The position numbers and the translations under genes are program-made. A stretch of DNA of 64,000 nt, taken from Patescibacteria group bacterium. GTDB lineage: Bacteria; Patescibacteriota; Microgenomatia; Daviesbacterales; UBA10151. The stretch covers positions 136,156 through 200,155 of the forward strand of contig CALRFD010000002.1 of assembly GCA_943356485.1 (NCBI GenBank). Direction: 5' to 3'. The notes below the pieces were generated by a model, which saw nothing but the letters and a program-made list of their open reading frames with translations, did not search any database and was not told where the DNA came from. This document shows, piece after piece, positions 28,003-37,494 of the stretch. How positions within the stretch are numbered: position 1 is the stretch's first letter; every line of letters begins with the position of its first letter.

Positions 28003-28580
28003 CTGCCTTTTGCTATAATACTTTGAATAATCCCCCTATATTTATTGATATTGCTATCTGCGCTGGATTGTTGTTTTTTATCTTTATCGCAACTGTCTTT
28101 AAAAAAATCACATTCTTGTTGAACTCTACAGCTGCAGGTAATCCTCATCGATGACTCGGCAGAAGATTTATCAAAGACTGCTGAGTTAAACTGATTTAAG
28201 TAATACTGCAAATCATCAAAATCCTGTTGCGAGTAGCATTTATTGCTTGCAAACTCCCCCTCTCTAATATTTTTATAGATACAAGAGGCCTCCTGTTTAG
28301 GATAGGTTATAACTTGCGCAGGTATAGTAGTTTTAGTTGAAACAGGAATTGGCGTATTGGATGGAATAGCTATCGGTGTTAAGGTAGGCTTTGGAATTTC
28401 TGTTGTTAAATCATGAAAAAATTGCTTAAAGGGAGCTACAATTTTTTGTTCTACAATTTTACTTTTATAAGATAAATAAGCTGTCAAGGAAATAGAGGAA
28501 ATAAATAGTAAAGATAAAATAGTTAAAATTATACCTGCTCTTTTGGCAATATTTTTAACTGGCAAAGGAGAATCTTTCAT
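27999..28580 (-). CDS. hypothetical membrane-anchored secreted protein
   Basis: N-terminal TM; Pro/Thr-rich linker; Cys-containing C-terminal domain. Confidence 0.3.
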   Translation of the reverse strand: MKDSPLPVKNIAKRAGIILTILSLLFISSISLTAYLSYKSKIVEQKIVAPFKQFFHDLTTEIPKPTLTPIAIPSNTPIPVSTKTTIPAQVITYPKQEASCIYKNIREGEFASNKCYSQQDFDDLQYYLNQFNSAVFDKSSAESSMRITCSCRVQQECDFFKDSCDKDKKQQSSADSNINKYRGIIQSIIAKGR

Positions 28581-28586
28581 TTATTA

Positions 28587-29117
28587 TTAAGCCGCGAATA
28601 GCTCTTCTTGCGTAAATCCAAAGATCCTAGCTGCTAAAAGATTAGGGAAAGTTTGAATTGTATTATTATAATCCTGAACTGTTAGATTATACTCTTCCCT
28701 GTACTTTGCTAATACGTCCTCAGTAGAAGTCAAATCACTCCTTAGCGCCAGGTAATTTTCATTTGCTTTAAGTTGAGGATTACTTTCCACCACCATAAAT
28801 AAAGATCTCAGCGTATCTGTTAACATATTTTCGGCTTTAGCAGTTTGATGAGCACCCTTAGAAGTATCCAACGCAGATCTGGCCTCTGCTACTCCTTCAA
28901 ATGTATCTTTCTCGTGTTTTGCATAATCCTTAGTTAAATCAACTAACTTATCAATCAGATCTCCTTTTCTTTTTAACTGAACAGTAATATCAGAATAATC
29001 AGTCTTTACCTGGTTCTTTTTTTGGATAAAAGTATTATAAGCACCCCAAAAAAATACTAATAAAAGAAAAACTACAAAAGATATCGTTCCTGCTATCCAA
29101 AAAAACTCCTGTGTCAT
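28587..29117 (-). CDS. lemA: LemA family protein
   Basis: N-terminal TM then YNTFIQKKNQV...QLKRKGDLIDKLV...YAKHEKDTFEGVAEARS pattern typical of LemA. Confidence 0.75.
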   Translation of the reverse strand: MTQEFFWIAGTISFVVFLLLVFFWGAYNTFIQKKNQVKTDYSDITVQLKRKGDLIDKLVDLTKDYAKHEKDTFEGVAEARSALDTSKGAHQTAKAENMLTDTLRSLFMVVESNPQLKANENYLALRSDLTSTEDVLAKYREEYNLTVQDYNNTIQTFPNLLAARIFGFTQEELFAA

Positions 29118-29210
29118 ATAAATATAATTATCTCATCATAAACCAAGAAAATCAAACAACTCATCAAGTTAGGATAATTTCCAATCAGAAAAATAACGCT
29201 GGAAAGATCG

Positions 29211-29957
29211 CTAAAGCCTTGAAGCAAATTCTTTTATACTCCAAAAACCTGAAACTTTAATCCTTGGCATATTCATTCCTCCGCCAGTAGACTTTCCAAA
29301 CCAGGTTCCGAGTCCTCCGGCAAATCCACCAGCCCGAGCTGCAGCCTGTATTGAACTATTGGTTGTTCCATAAGGATAAGCTATGAAATTAACCGGGTAA
29401 CCCGTTTGTGCGGATAAGACATTCTTAGAGTCCTGCATCTGTTTTAAGGCATCTTTGTAACTTAAACTGGGCAGATTTACATGACCTACCGTATGCGCTT
29501 CAAAAGTTACTAAACCAGAAGCTTGAATTTCTTTTATCTGATTCCAGTTCATATAGTAACTTCCCCCTATTAAGCCGGTAGGTATAAATGAAACGCCGTG
29601 GAAGTTATATTTCCTGAGGATCGGATAAACAATTGTATAAAAATCTATATATCCATCGTCAAAGGTTAATACAACCGGCTTTGCTGGGGAGCTTACTTGT
29701 TTGTTAAAAATTCCATACAGGGTGTCCAAAGTTATAGGAGTAAAACCATTTTTGGATAAATAATCCATTTGAGAATCGAACTTATCTGGAGAAACAGACA
29801 AAGAATCCCTGGCTTTATCTTTTGGATTAGGATTATTAGCAACATAATGATACATCAAGATTGGCACATTTGTTGCTGATGCTTTTACAAAAGGGGTAGT
29901 AAAAAAACAAAACTCTAAACTTAAAGCTAGAAATATTATTAGTTTCAGGATTGGCAT
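29211..29957 (-). CDS. polysaccharide deacetylase (NodB homology, CE4), secreted
   Basis: VLTFDDGYIDFY and HTVGH motifs; signal peptide. Confidence 0.8.
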   Translation of the reverse strand: MPILKLIIFLALSLEFCFFTTPFVKASATNVPILMYHYVANNPNPKDKARDSLSVSPDKFDSQMDYLSKNGFTPITLDTLYGIFNKQVSSPAKPVVLTFDDGYIDFYTIVYPILRKYNFHGVSFIPTGLIGGSYYMNWNQIKEIQASGLVTFEAHTVGHVNLPSLSYKDALKQMQDSKNVLSAQTGYPVNFIAYPYGTTNSSIQAAARAGGFAGGLGTWFGKSTGGGMNMPRIKVSGFWSIKEFASRL

Positions 29958-30001
29958 TATTTAATCTTATTATGTCTCTTAGTTGCATGCAATAACTAGA
30001 T

Positions 30002-32449
30002 ATGAGTATAGTTATATTTATGGCTCAAAAAGGATATGCTGCTGCCTACCTGTTAATTATTTCGGCTTTCCTCGGACTATTATTTGTAGAATCAAATTCA
30101 AATCACAAACCCAATCCAACTCCTAAGGTAGTCCCTCAAGTTCAAGAAAATAAACCAAAAGTATCAACTATAACCCAGGAACAACTACAAAAATATTTAA
30201 CAGTTGAAGCCGCATTACTGGGTGTTTCTGATAACATTTCCCTTTATTTTAAAGATATAAATCAGGGTAAAGAGGTCAGCATTGAACCCACTCGTTCCTG
30301 GATACCTGCTTCTACCATTAAATCATACGTTGTTTTAGAAGCCTTCAGACAAAAAAGCTTGGGATTAATAGACTTTAACCAGACAATTACAATAAAAGCT
30401 GAAAACGTTGTGCCTACCGAACTTGAAACCGATGAATTTCCAAGACTAAGAGAAGGAACTAAAGCAACGATCAAACAACTGGTTGAGGCTATGATTATTC
30501 AATCTGATAATACTGCCTACAATACTCTTTTGGATATCCTAGATCGAAGAAACATAAATTTAGCCCTTAAGAATATCGGAATCACAGAAACCGTTATCGG
30601 AGAAAAACTTAATTTAGACGAATACCAGTTCCAAATAGATCTGCAGGTACCCGGCCGCCAACCCAATACAACTACTGTTAAAGATCTGGCAACTTATTTT
30701 GAATTATTGGTAAATAAAAAAATAGTAAACGCGGACGAGATTCTGGATATTTTTAAAAGACAAAAATTAAATAATATGATTCCTGCTTACCTTCCTCAAG
30801 ATACCGTTATTGCCCATAAAACCGGTGACTGGGCTCCAATTTACAATGACGCCGGAATAGTTTTTAAACCGTCTGAGCCTTTTGTGCTTTCAATATTCAC
30901 AAATAGCGATAACCCTAACGTTGTAGCCCAACTGGCAAAAGTTGCCTATTTTCAAACATCCTCCGCAGTAGGCAAACTACCAAGTTCAAATAACACTTCA
31001 GTCTCAAAAGCTCCATCCAGGATTTATTTAAGCGAACAACCTACTAACTCTTCAGTCCTAGCAGCTGAAACTCCAGAAAAGTTTCCTGAAATTTCAGCTT
31101 CAGATTTAGGTATTACTCAAAAGGATTTAAATGTTAATCCTCAACAGGCAAAGGATTTCCTGGGTGCAATAATTACTCCCGGTTCTCTATTTTATAATGT
31201 TAAAAAGTTCTTTGAAAATAGTTTGGTGAAAAACTCAAAAGACAACTCTTCCCTTACCCGAACCTATTTAGGGTTATCAAAAAGCAGACTTTCTGAAGCC
31301 AAAAGTCTAATTGGTTCTGGAGATTTTAAAACAGCTGATGAAGTTCTAAATGAATCTGAGAAGAATTTGGAAAAAGCAACAGAACTTGCTAAAAACGATC
31401 CAAATAAAGATCTGTTATTACTCGAGATACGAAAGGTTAATGATTTACACTACGCAATACTGGCAGAAAGAGCTCAAAATATTCCGGATAGCCAAAAAGA
31501 TCAGTTTATAAATAATGTTTACAATTTCTATCAACAAAATCATCAAAAAGTTGCTCCCATCATTAATACCTCAATTGCCGCTAATCCTACTCAGCAAAAA
31601 CCTGCTGTAGGTACAATTACAGAAATAAAAAACAACCAGGCCACTATACAGTTTGATGACGGAAGCAATAAACAAATGATCATCCCGACAGATACAAAGG
31701 TCAGAAACTTCCAGGAAGATACTTACACCTTTACAAATACCATAAAGTCGGGTGATAAAATTGCTGTTATCGGTTTAACAAATTCTGAGTCAAAAATTAT
31801 TCCGCAATTTATATTAGAAAATATCCCTAAAGAACTTCCTCAAAGACATCAAGGTACTGTCATAGAGATAAAACCAGATGAAAACACCATGAAGATTTTG
31901 GATAAAAAGGGACAGGAAGAGATTATTAAAGTGAATTTGAACACCATGATTAAGTCCAAAGATACCAGTGTCTCTTTGGAAGGTATCAAGGCAGGGTCAC
32001 AAGTGTCTATTTTTGGGACAGTTAATTCTCAGACAAGTCCAATCCCCTCATCAGCTCCTAGCTACACGCCAACTAATAATTCCCCTGCTCCAACTTCATC
32101 TGCTACTACAAATTCAATAAAGTTAATAAATAGTCCTTCCCCCTCGCCAACTTCAAGTTCAAACTCAACTAAGCCAACCAAGACCCCAATTACCACCGGT
32201 ACGCCTGCTTCTACTTCTGCTCCTGCAACTAAACAAATAAATGCCACTCAAACTGTTAACATTCAGGCAACCACTATTACAATTACTCAGAACAGTTCTG
32301 GAAAACAGGAAAAAGTCGAGACTAAACAACCGCAACCTTCAAAGTCTGAACCATCTAAAAAAGATGAGTCTAAAAAGGAAGAACCAAAAAAAGCTCCGGA
32401 ACCCCCTAAGCAGCCTGAACCAGCAAAACCAAAATCTTCTGCAAAATAG
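30002..32449 (+). CDS. class A beta-lactamase-like serine hydrolase domain fused to ~500-aa C-terminal extension with P/T/S/K-rich tail
   Basis: All three class A motifs in order: S-T-I-K (PASTIKSY), S-D-N (IQSDNTAYN), K-T-G (AHKTGDW); N-terminal TM; low-complexity PTSSATT/KKEEPKK tail. Confidence 0.7.
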   Translation: MSIVIFMAQKGYAAAYLLIISAFLGLLFVESNSNHKPNPTPKVVPQVQENKPKVSTITQEQLQKYLTVEAALLGVSDNISLYFKDINQGKEVSIEPTRSWIPASTIKSYVVLEAFRQKSLGLIDFNQTITIKAENVVPTELETDEFPRLREGTKATIKQLVEAMIIQSDNTAYNTLLDILDRRNINLALKNIGITETVIGEKLNLDEYQFQIDLQVPGRQPNTTTVKDLATYFELLVNKKIVNADEILDIFKRQKLNNMIPAYLPQDTVIAHKTGDWAPIYNDAGIVFKPSEPFVLSIFTNSDNPNVVAQLAKVAYFQTSSAVGKLPSSNNTSVSKAPSRIYLSEQPTNSSVLAAETPEKFPEISASDLGITQKDLNVNPQQAKDFLGAIITPGSLFYNVKKFFENSLVKNSKDNSSLTRTYLGLSKSRLSEAKSLIGSGDFKTADEVLNESEKNLEKATELAKNDPNKDLLLLEIRKVNDLHYAILAERAQNIPDSQKDQFINNVYNFYQQNHQKVAPIINTSIAANPTQQKPAVGTITEIKNNQATIQFDDGSNKQMIIPTDTKVRNFQEDTYTFTNTIKSGDKIAVIGLTNSESKIIPQFILENIPKELPQRHQGTVIEIKPDENTMKILDKKGQEEIIKVNLNTMIKSKDTSVSLEGIKAGSQVSIFGTVNSQTSPIPSSAPSYTPTNNSPAPTSSATTNSIKLINSPSPSPTSSSNSTKPTKTPITTGTPASTSAPATKQINATQTVNIQATTITITQNSSGKQEKVETKQPQPSKSEPSKKDESKKEEPKKAPEPPKQPEPAKPKSSAK

Positions 32450-32473
32450 CCTCATATATGATATATTTAGAAG

Positions 32474-33583
32474 ATGAAGAGCGATAAATCTATCACCTAC
32501 TCTCAAGTTGGTGATGATTACAATACTAAGGATCCTGTAAATAAACTCTCCCAGCAAGCTGCGTTAAGTACAGTAAAAAATTTAAAAGAATATGGTTTTG
32601 AAGAAGTTTTTCAAACAAGAGGTGAATCAGCATTTGTCTGGAAACAAAATGATTACTATATGGCCTCAGTTATTGAGTGTCTCGGAACTAAGAACTTAAT
32701 TGCTGATGAGTTAAGAAAAATTACAGGAAAAACATATTATGATGTAGTAGCCCATGATACTGTTGCCACTTTTATAAACGATCTCTCATCTGTAGGAGCA
32801 AAGCCATTAGTAGCACATGCTTTCTGGTCTATAGAAGATAACCTCTTCTTACAAGATGAAGAGAGAACGGCAGATTTTATTAAGGGTTGGGCTAGTGCGT
32901 TAAATTTAGCCGGAGCAACTTGGGGTGGTGGAGAAACCTCTACTTCCAAAGGAATTATACAACCTAATACAATTAATTTAGCCGGATCTTGCGTCGGCAT
33001 TATCAAATCAGAAAACCGTCTACTTATAGAAACTAAGTTAAAAAAAGGTGATAGGATACTTTTTTTAAAGAGTAATGGCGTCAATGCAAACGGAATCTCT
33101 TTAACAAGAGCTCTCGCAAAAAAACTTACGGAAGGATATGCAGAGAAACTGCCAGATGGTACTTTATATGGAGAAGCTCTTTTAACCAAATCAAATATCT
33201 ATGCTAAGCTCGTACAGGATTTACTGGATGCTAATTTGAATCTTCACTATATAACCAATATTACCGGACATGGACTAAGAAAAATTATGAGATCAAAACG
33301 GAGTTTTACTTATTTTTTAGAAAATATCTTTGAACCGCTGGAAATTTTTAAATTTATTCAAAGGAATGCCGCAATTAATGATTATGAAATTTATCAAACC
33401 TTCAACATGGGACAAGACTATGCAATTTTCCTACCAAAAGAGGATATGGAAAAAGCATTAGAAATAGTGAATGAAAATGGATTTGAAGGATTAGATGCAG
33501 GTTATATTGAAGAGGGTGAAAGACAAGTTATAATCAAGCCAAAAAATATCACCTTTAAAGGCGAAACTTTAAATCTTCGCTAA
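32474..33583 (+). CDS. PurM-like (AIR synthase-related) protein, divergent
   Basis: N-terminal ITYSQVGDDYNTKD and GTKN resemble the PurM N-domain (SYxxAGVD...GTK); 369 aa. Confidence 0.45.
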   Translation: MKSDKSITYSQVGDDYNTKDPVNKLSQQAALSTVKNLKEYGFEEVFQTRGESAFVWKQNDYYMASVIECLGTKNLIADELRKITGKTYYDVVAHDTVATFINDLSSVGAKPLVAHAFWSIEDNLFLQDEERTADFIKGWASALNLAGATWGGGETSTSKGIIQPNTINLAGSCVGIIKSENRLLIETKLKKGDRILFLKSNGVNANGISLTRALAKKLTEGYAEKLPDGTLYGEALLTKSNIYAKLVQDLLDANLNLHYITNITGHGLRKIMRSKRSFTYFLENIFEPLEIFKFIQRNAAINDYEIYQTFNMGQDYAIFLPKEDMEKALEIVNENGFEGLDAGYIEEGERQVIIKPKNITFKGETLNLR

Positions 33584-33600
33584 CCCGGATTTAATTGTGG

Positions 33601-34584
33601 TTAGTTTCTTTCTTCTTTATGTGTTTTAGGAATTAATTTTCCGGAAATAGAATCACCATTATAAATATAATTTATCGCCTCTGCTAAGAGTTTAGCCACC
33701 GAGACAACTTTAACTTTTGGCATGTTTAACATCTTTTGTCTTATGGGTACAGTATCTGTAATAAAAATTTTCTCTAGTGGAGATTGTTCCAATCTTTCCG
33801 GTGCAGGATCTGAAAATAATCCATGAGTCGCTGCTGCAGAAACACTCTTTGCCCCCTTAGACATTATCAATCTAGCAGCATTACAAATCGTCCCCGCTGT
33901 ATCGATCATATCATCCACCAATAACACGTCTTTACCCTTAACATCACCGATCATGTCTAGTGCTTCGCTAACATTGTTTTTGGATAAATCCCTCTCCTTA
34001 AAAACTATGGCAATACCCTCCGCCTCTAAAAGATCCGCGTAAAAAGTAGCCTTTGGGACTCCACCTTTATCAGGGGAAGCCACAACTAAATTATCCGATT
34101 TAAAATGTTTTTTAAGCTCAGGCAACAAAGAGTAGCTTCCATATAAATTATCCCAGGGAATCTCAACAAAACCAGGCTCCTGTTCTGCATGAATATCAAT
34201 TGTCAGAATTCTGTCTGCTCCGGAATACTCTATTAACCCTGCTATTAAAGCTGCAGAAATAGGAACTCTAGACCGGTCCTTTCGATCCTGCCTTGAGTAA
34301 CCAAAATATGGAATAATAGCGGAAACTTCAGAAGCTGAGGATCTTTTAGCAGCATCAATAATTAATAAAAGCTCCATTATGGAAGAATCAACCGGTGCAC
34401 ATGTTGGTTGAATTATGAAAACGTCTCTCTTACGAAGGTTCTCGGGAATAACTATTCTTTTCTCCCCATCTGCAAAAACGCTGACCGTCTCATCAATATT
34501 TTTTCCTAAGATTTTAGCAACACTTTGTGCTAACTTTAAATTTGCCGTTCCTGTTAAAAGTACAAATCCATTATTATTAGCCAT
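33601..34584 (-). CDS. prs: ribose-phosphate pyrophosphokinase (PRPP synthetase)
   Basis: Prs-typical N-terminus and PRPP-binding loop LVDDMIDTAGT. Confidence 0.9.
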   Translation of the reverse strand: MANNNGFVLLTGTANLKLAQSVAKILGKNIDETVSVFADGEKRIVIPENLRKRDVFIIQPTCAPVDSSIMELLLIIDAAKRSSASEVSAIIPYFGYSRQDRKDRSRVPISAALIAGLIEYSGADRILTIDIHAEQEPGFVEIPWDNLYGSYSLLPELKKHFKSDNLVVASPDKGGVPKATFYADLLEAEGIAIVFKERDLSKNNVSEALDMIGDVKGKDVLLVDDMIDTAGTICNAARLIMSKGAKSVSAAATHGLFSDPAPERLEQSPLEKIFITDTVPIRQKMLNMPKVKVVSVAKLLAEAINYIYNGDSISGKLIPKTHKEERN

Positions 34585-34610
34585 ACAGCTTGAGATTAAT
34601 TATACAGATC

Positions 34611-35588
34611 TTAAGTTTCATTTGCAAACTTTGTAAGATTTTCCTTAATTCTCTTGTTAACATTTTCACTTATATCCGGTACAAATTTTTTACCGGTGAT
34701 TTTTTCATAAATCCCCATATAAAGAGCACTCATTTTTGCTAAAAATTCTGGCGGCATCTTAGGAATTTTACCTTCTCCTTTATAGCCATGTTCTTTAAAC
34801 CAAATTCTGAGTGGTTCCTTATCATAACTTTCCGGCTCTATTCCTTTTTTAAATCTTTCTTTATAAGTTTTCTTAATCCAGTAACGGGAAGAATCCGGGG
34901 TATGTATTTCATCAATTAAAATAAGTTTACCTTTTTCATCTAATCCAAATTCGTATTTTGTATCGACCAATATTATCCCTGCTTTGTCACAAATTTTTTG
35001 TCCTCTCTCAAATAATTCTAAAGATACTTTTTTCATCTGTTTCCAAATAGCCGGAGCAACTATTTTCTTACTTAAGATTTCTTTCTCTGTTAACCTTTCG
35101 TCGTGTTGACCGAAATCTGCTTTTGTTGTTGGAGTAATTACATATTCAGGAAGTTTCTGATTTTTTTTCAACCCATCTGGAAAATTTATTCCATAAATTA
35201 CTCTCTCCCCCGTCTCATATGAACCCCAAATTGAGGTATCTGTCACACCTGTTATATAACCCCTAACTACCATTTCTATAGGAATCAGTTTACATTCTTT
35301 GACCAATAACACATTAGGATCAGGGACAGAAATTAAGTGGTTCTGGATTATATCTTTTGTTTTCTCAAACCAAAATTGCGAAATTGCAGTTAAGACCTGT
35401 CCTTTAAATGGAATAAATCCCAAAACTTTATCAAAAGCAGACTGTCTGTCTGTAGTTATAAAAAGTCGCTTTCCTTTATATATATAAATATCCCTTACTT
35501 TTCCCTGGTGTTTTTTGCCAAAGCCAGAGAGATTTACAGTTTTTAAAACATTTGGAATATTTTCAATTATCTTTTGCTTGCTGATCAT
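34611..35588 (-). CDS. purC: phosphoribosylaminoimidazole-succinocarboxamide (SAICAR) synthase, long (eukaryote/archaeal-like) form
   Basis: GKVRDIY...ITTDRQSAFD motif; 325 aa. Confidence 0.85.
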   Translation of the reverse strand: MISKQKIIENIPNVLKTVNLSGFGKKHQGKVRDIYIYKGKRLFITTDRQSAFDKVLGFIPFKGQVLTAISQFWFEKTKDIIQNHLISVPDPNVLLVKECKLIPIEMVVRGYITGVTDTSIWGSYETGERVIYGINFPDGLKKNQKLPEYVITPTTKADFGQHDERLTEKEILSKKIVAPAIWKQMKKVSLELFERGQKICDKAGIILVDTKYEFGLDEKGKLILIDEIHTPDSSRYWIKKTYKERFKKGIEPESYDKEPLRIWFKEHGYKGEGKIPKMPPEFLAKMSALYMGIYEKITGKKFVPDISENVNKRIKENLTKFANET

Positions 35589-36100
35589 TTTTTCTCAGAC
35601 AGAAATTTTTCTAACCCCAAACTATCCAATTTTAGAGCTTTTTCTTCAATGCCTAAAGCCAGTTTATTCTTATACTCTATAAGTTTTTTCTCAAGTTCTT
35701 TGTCGGAGGTTGCCAATATTTGAACAGCTAAAATTCCGGCATTTTTTGCATTCCCTATACCAACTGTTGCAACAGGAATTCCCGATGGCATCTGAACTGT
35801 TGCAAGCAGTGCGTCCAATCCTTTTAAAGAGCCACCCTCCAGAGGAATTCCTATAACAGGCAATGGAAAATGTGCAGCCACAACTCCTGCCAGATGAGCT
35901 GCCAATCCTGCCGCGCAAATTATTATTTTTATACCACTTACATGCGCATCAATTAATAATTCCTTAGTTCTATCTGGAGATCTATGCGCAGATGAAATTG
36001 TAATTTCATATTCCACTCCAAATTCTTCCAGTATTTTTCCAGCCTGCTGCATTACCGGTAAATCAGAATCTGAGGCAGAAATAACAAGTACTTTATTCAT
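35585..36100 (-). CDS. purE: 5-(carboxyamino)imidazole ribonucleotide mutase / AIR carboxylase catalytic subunit PurE
   Basis: PurE fold sequence VLVISASDSDLPVMQQA...ISSAHRSPDRT and GIPVATV. Confidence 0.9.
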   Translation of the reverse strand: MNKVLVISASDSDLPVMQQAGKILEEFGVEYEITISSAHRSPDRTKELLIDAHVSGIKIIICAAGLAAHLAGVVAAHFPLPVIGIPLEGGSLKGLDALLATVQMPSGIPVATVGIGNAKNAGILAVQILATSDKELEKKLIEYKNKLALGIEEKALKLDSLGLEKFLSEKK

Positions 36101-36104
36101 AAAT

Positions 36105-37493
36105 TTAGGCTTTTAATTTATCAATTTCTTTGACAATTGTCAAAGCCTTTTCTTTGGCGTTACCTATATGATTTTTAGCATCCAAAAGTTTTAGGATCTC
36201 TTCGCTTGTCAAATACTTCCTTATCAAAGTATTACTCTCTACTAAATCTTCCATGGGATTCGAACTACCTTGATGCATGTCTTCCCAAACTCTCATAGAA
36301 ATCTCTCTTAACTCCTCATGCATTTTTTGCCTGTCAGCACCTTTTTTAACAGATTCTACAATGATCAACTCGCTTGCGGAAAACATCCAGAAAGATGCCA
36401 GGTTTTTAGCAATAACTTGTTCATTAATCATCAATCCTTCCACAATATTAGTAGCCGAGGTTAGCATTTCATCTATGCTTAGAAATATTTCAGGTATAGC
36501 AACTCGCCTGTTCGCCGAATCATCCAAAGTCCGCTCTAATAGCATATTTGCAGCGTTGTCCCAAAAAATTCTGGAAAGATTAACAACTAATCTGGAAAGA
36601 GAACAGATCTGCTCAGCTTTAATCGGATTTCTTTTAAATGGCATCGCAGATGACCCGACCTGCTTTTCTCCAAAGGGTTCCTGCAACTCGCCAAAATTTG
36701 CAGACTGCATAATTCTTAAATCAAATGCAAACTTATTTAGCGACTGGGCAATGGAGGCAAGCAGATTACCAACTAAGAGATCTATTTTTCGTGTGATTGT
36801 TTGATTGGCAATATCCACTTCATTAATCCCTAATCTGTCCATAACCATTTCCTCCATCTCCTCTGCTTTCTCAAATCCTAAAAGACTTACATAGCTGGCA
36901 GAAGTTCCCACTGCTCCCTTCATTCCTTTTGCTTTTAAATTATTTTCCACAAATTTTAACTGTTCTAAGTCGATTAATAGATCCTGGGCATAAAAGGCAA
37001 ACCTATACCCTAGCGTAGTTGGCTCTGCTGCCTGTAAATGCGTATATCCCATACAAGTAAGGTCAGCATACTTTTCAATTTTTTTGCCAAAAGTTTTAAG
37101 CAAATTCACTAATTTAGTTTTGACAATACCTAAGGACTCGGAAATTCTAATTGTTTCAGCATTATCATTAATATCCATACTGGTGGCACCCAGATGAATT
37201 TTCCCACCTCCAATTTTCGCTTTTTCAGCAAACTCTTTTATAGCTGCTACAACATCATGTCTGGTATCTTTTTCAATTTCCCAAATTCTATCTATAGAAA
37301 TATTGTCCTGATTCTTTTCTAAATCTGCTAGTTCCTCTTTTCCCACTAATCCTTCTTTGCTTTGAGCCCTAGCCAACTCTACCCAAACCTTTCTCCAAAT
37401 TTTATATTTATTTTCTTCAGACCAAATCATACGCATTTGTTCTGACCCATATCGCCAGGAAAATACTGATGTGTAATTTTTAAAGTCTTTCAT
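36105..37493 (-). CDS. purB: adenylosuccinate lyase
   Basis: Fumarate-lyase family signature GSSAMPFKRNP; 462 aa. Confidence 0.9.
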   Translation of the reverse strand: MKDFKNYTSVFSWRYGSEQMRMIWSEENKYKIWRKVWVELARAQSKEGLVGKEELADLEKNQDNISIDRIWEIEKDTRHDVVAAIKEFAEKAKIGGGKIHLGATSMDINDNAETIRISESLGIVKTKLVNLLKTFGKKIEKYADLTCMGYTHLQAAEPTTLGYRFAFYAQDLLIDLEQLKFVENNLKAKGMKGAVGTSASYVSLLGFEKAEEMEEMVMDRLGINEVDIANQTITRKIDLLVGNLLASIAQSLNKFAFDLRIMQSANFGELQEPFGEKQVGSSAMPFKRNPIKAEQICSLSRLVVNLSRIFWDNAANMLLERTLDDSANRRVAIPEIFLSIDEMLTSATNIVEGLMINEQVIAKNLASFWMFSASELIIVESVKKGADRQKMHEELREISMRVWEDMHQGSSNPMEDLVESNTLIRKYLTSEEILKLLDAKNHIGNAKEKALTIVKEIDKLKA

Positions 37494-37494
37494 A

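Noticed and set aside
32062-32557. Short ORFs antisense to the low-complexity tail of the beta-lactamase-like gene
   Set aside because: Generated by the repetitive P/T/S/K-coding DNA. Low-complexity translations.
36277-36804. 175-aa plus-strand ORF antisense within purB
   Set aside because: Embedded antisense in adenylosuccinate lyase, a long-ORF artefact of AT-rich antisense strand.
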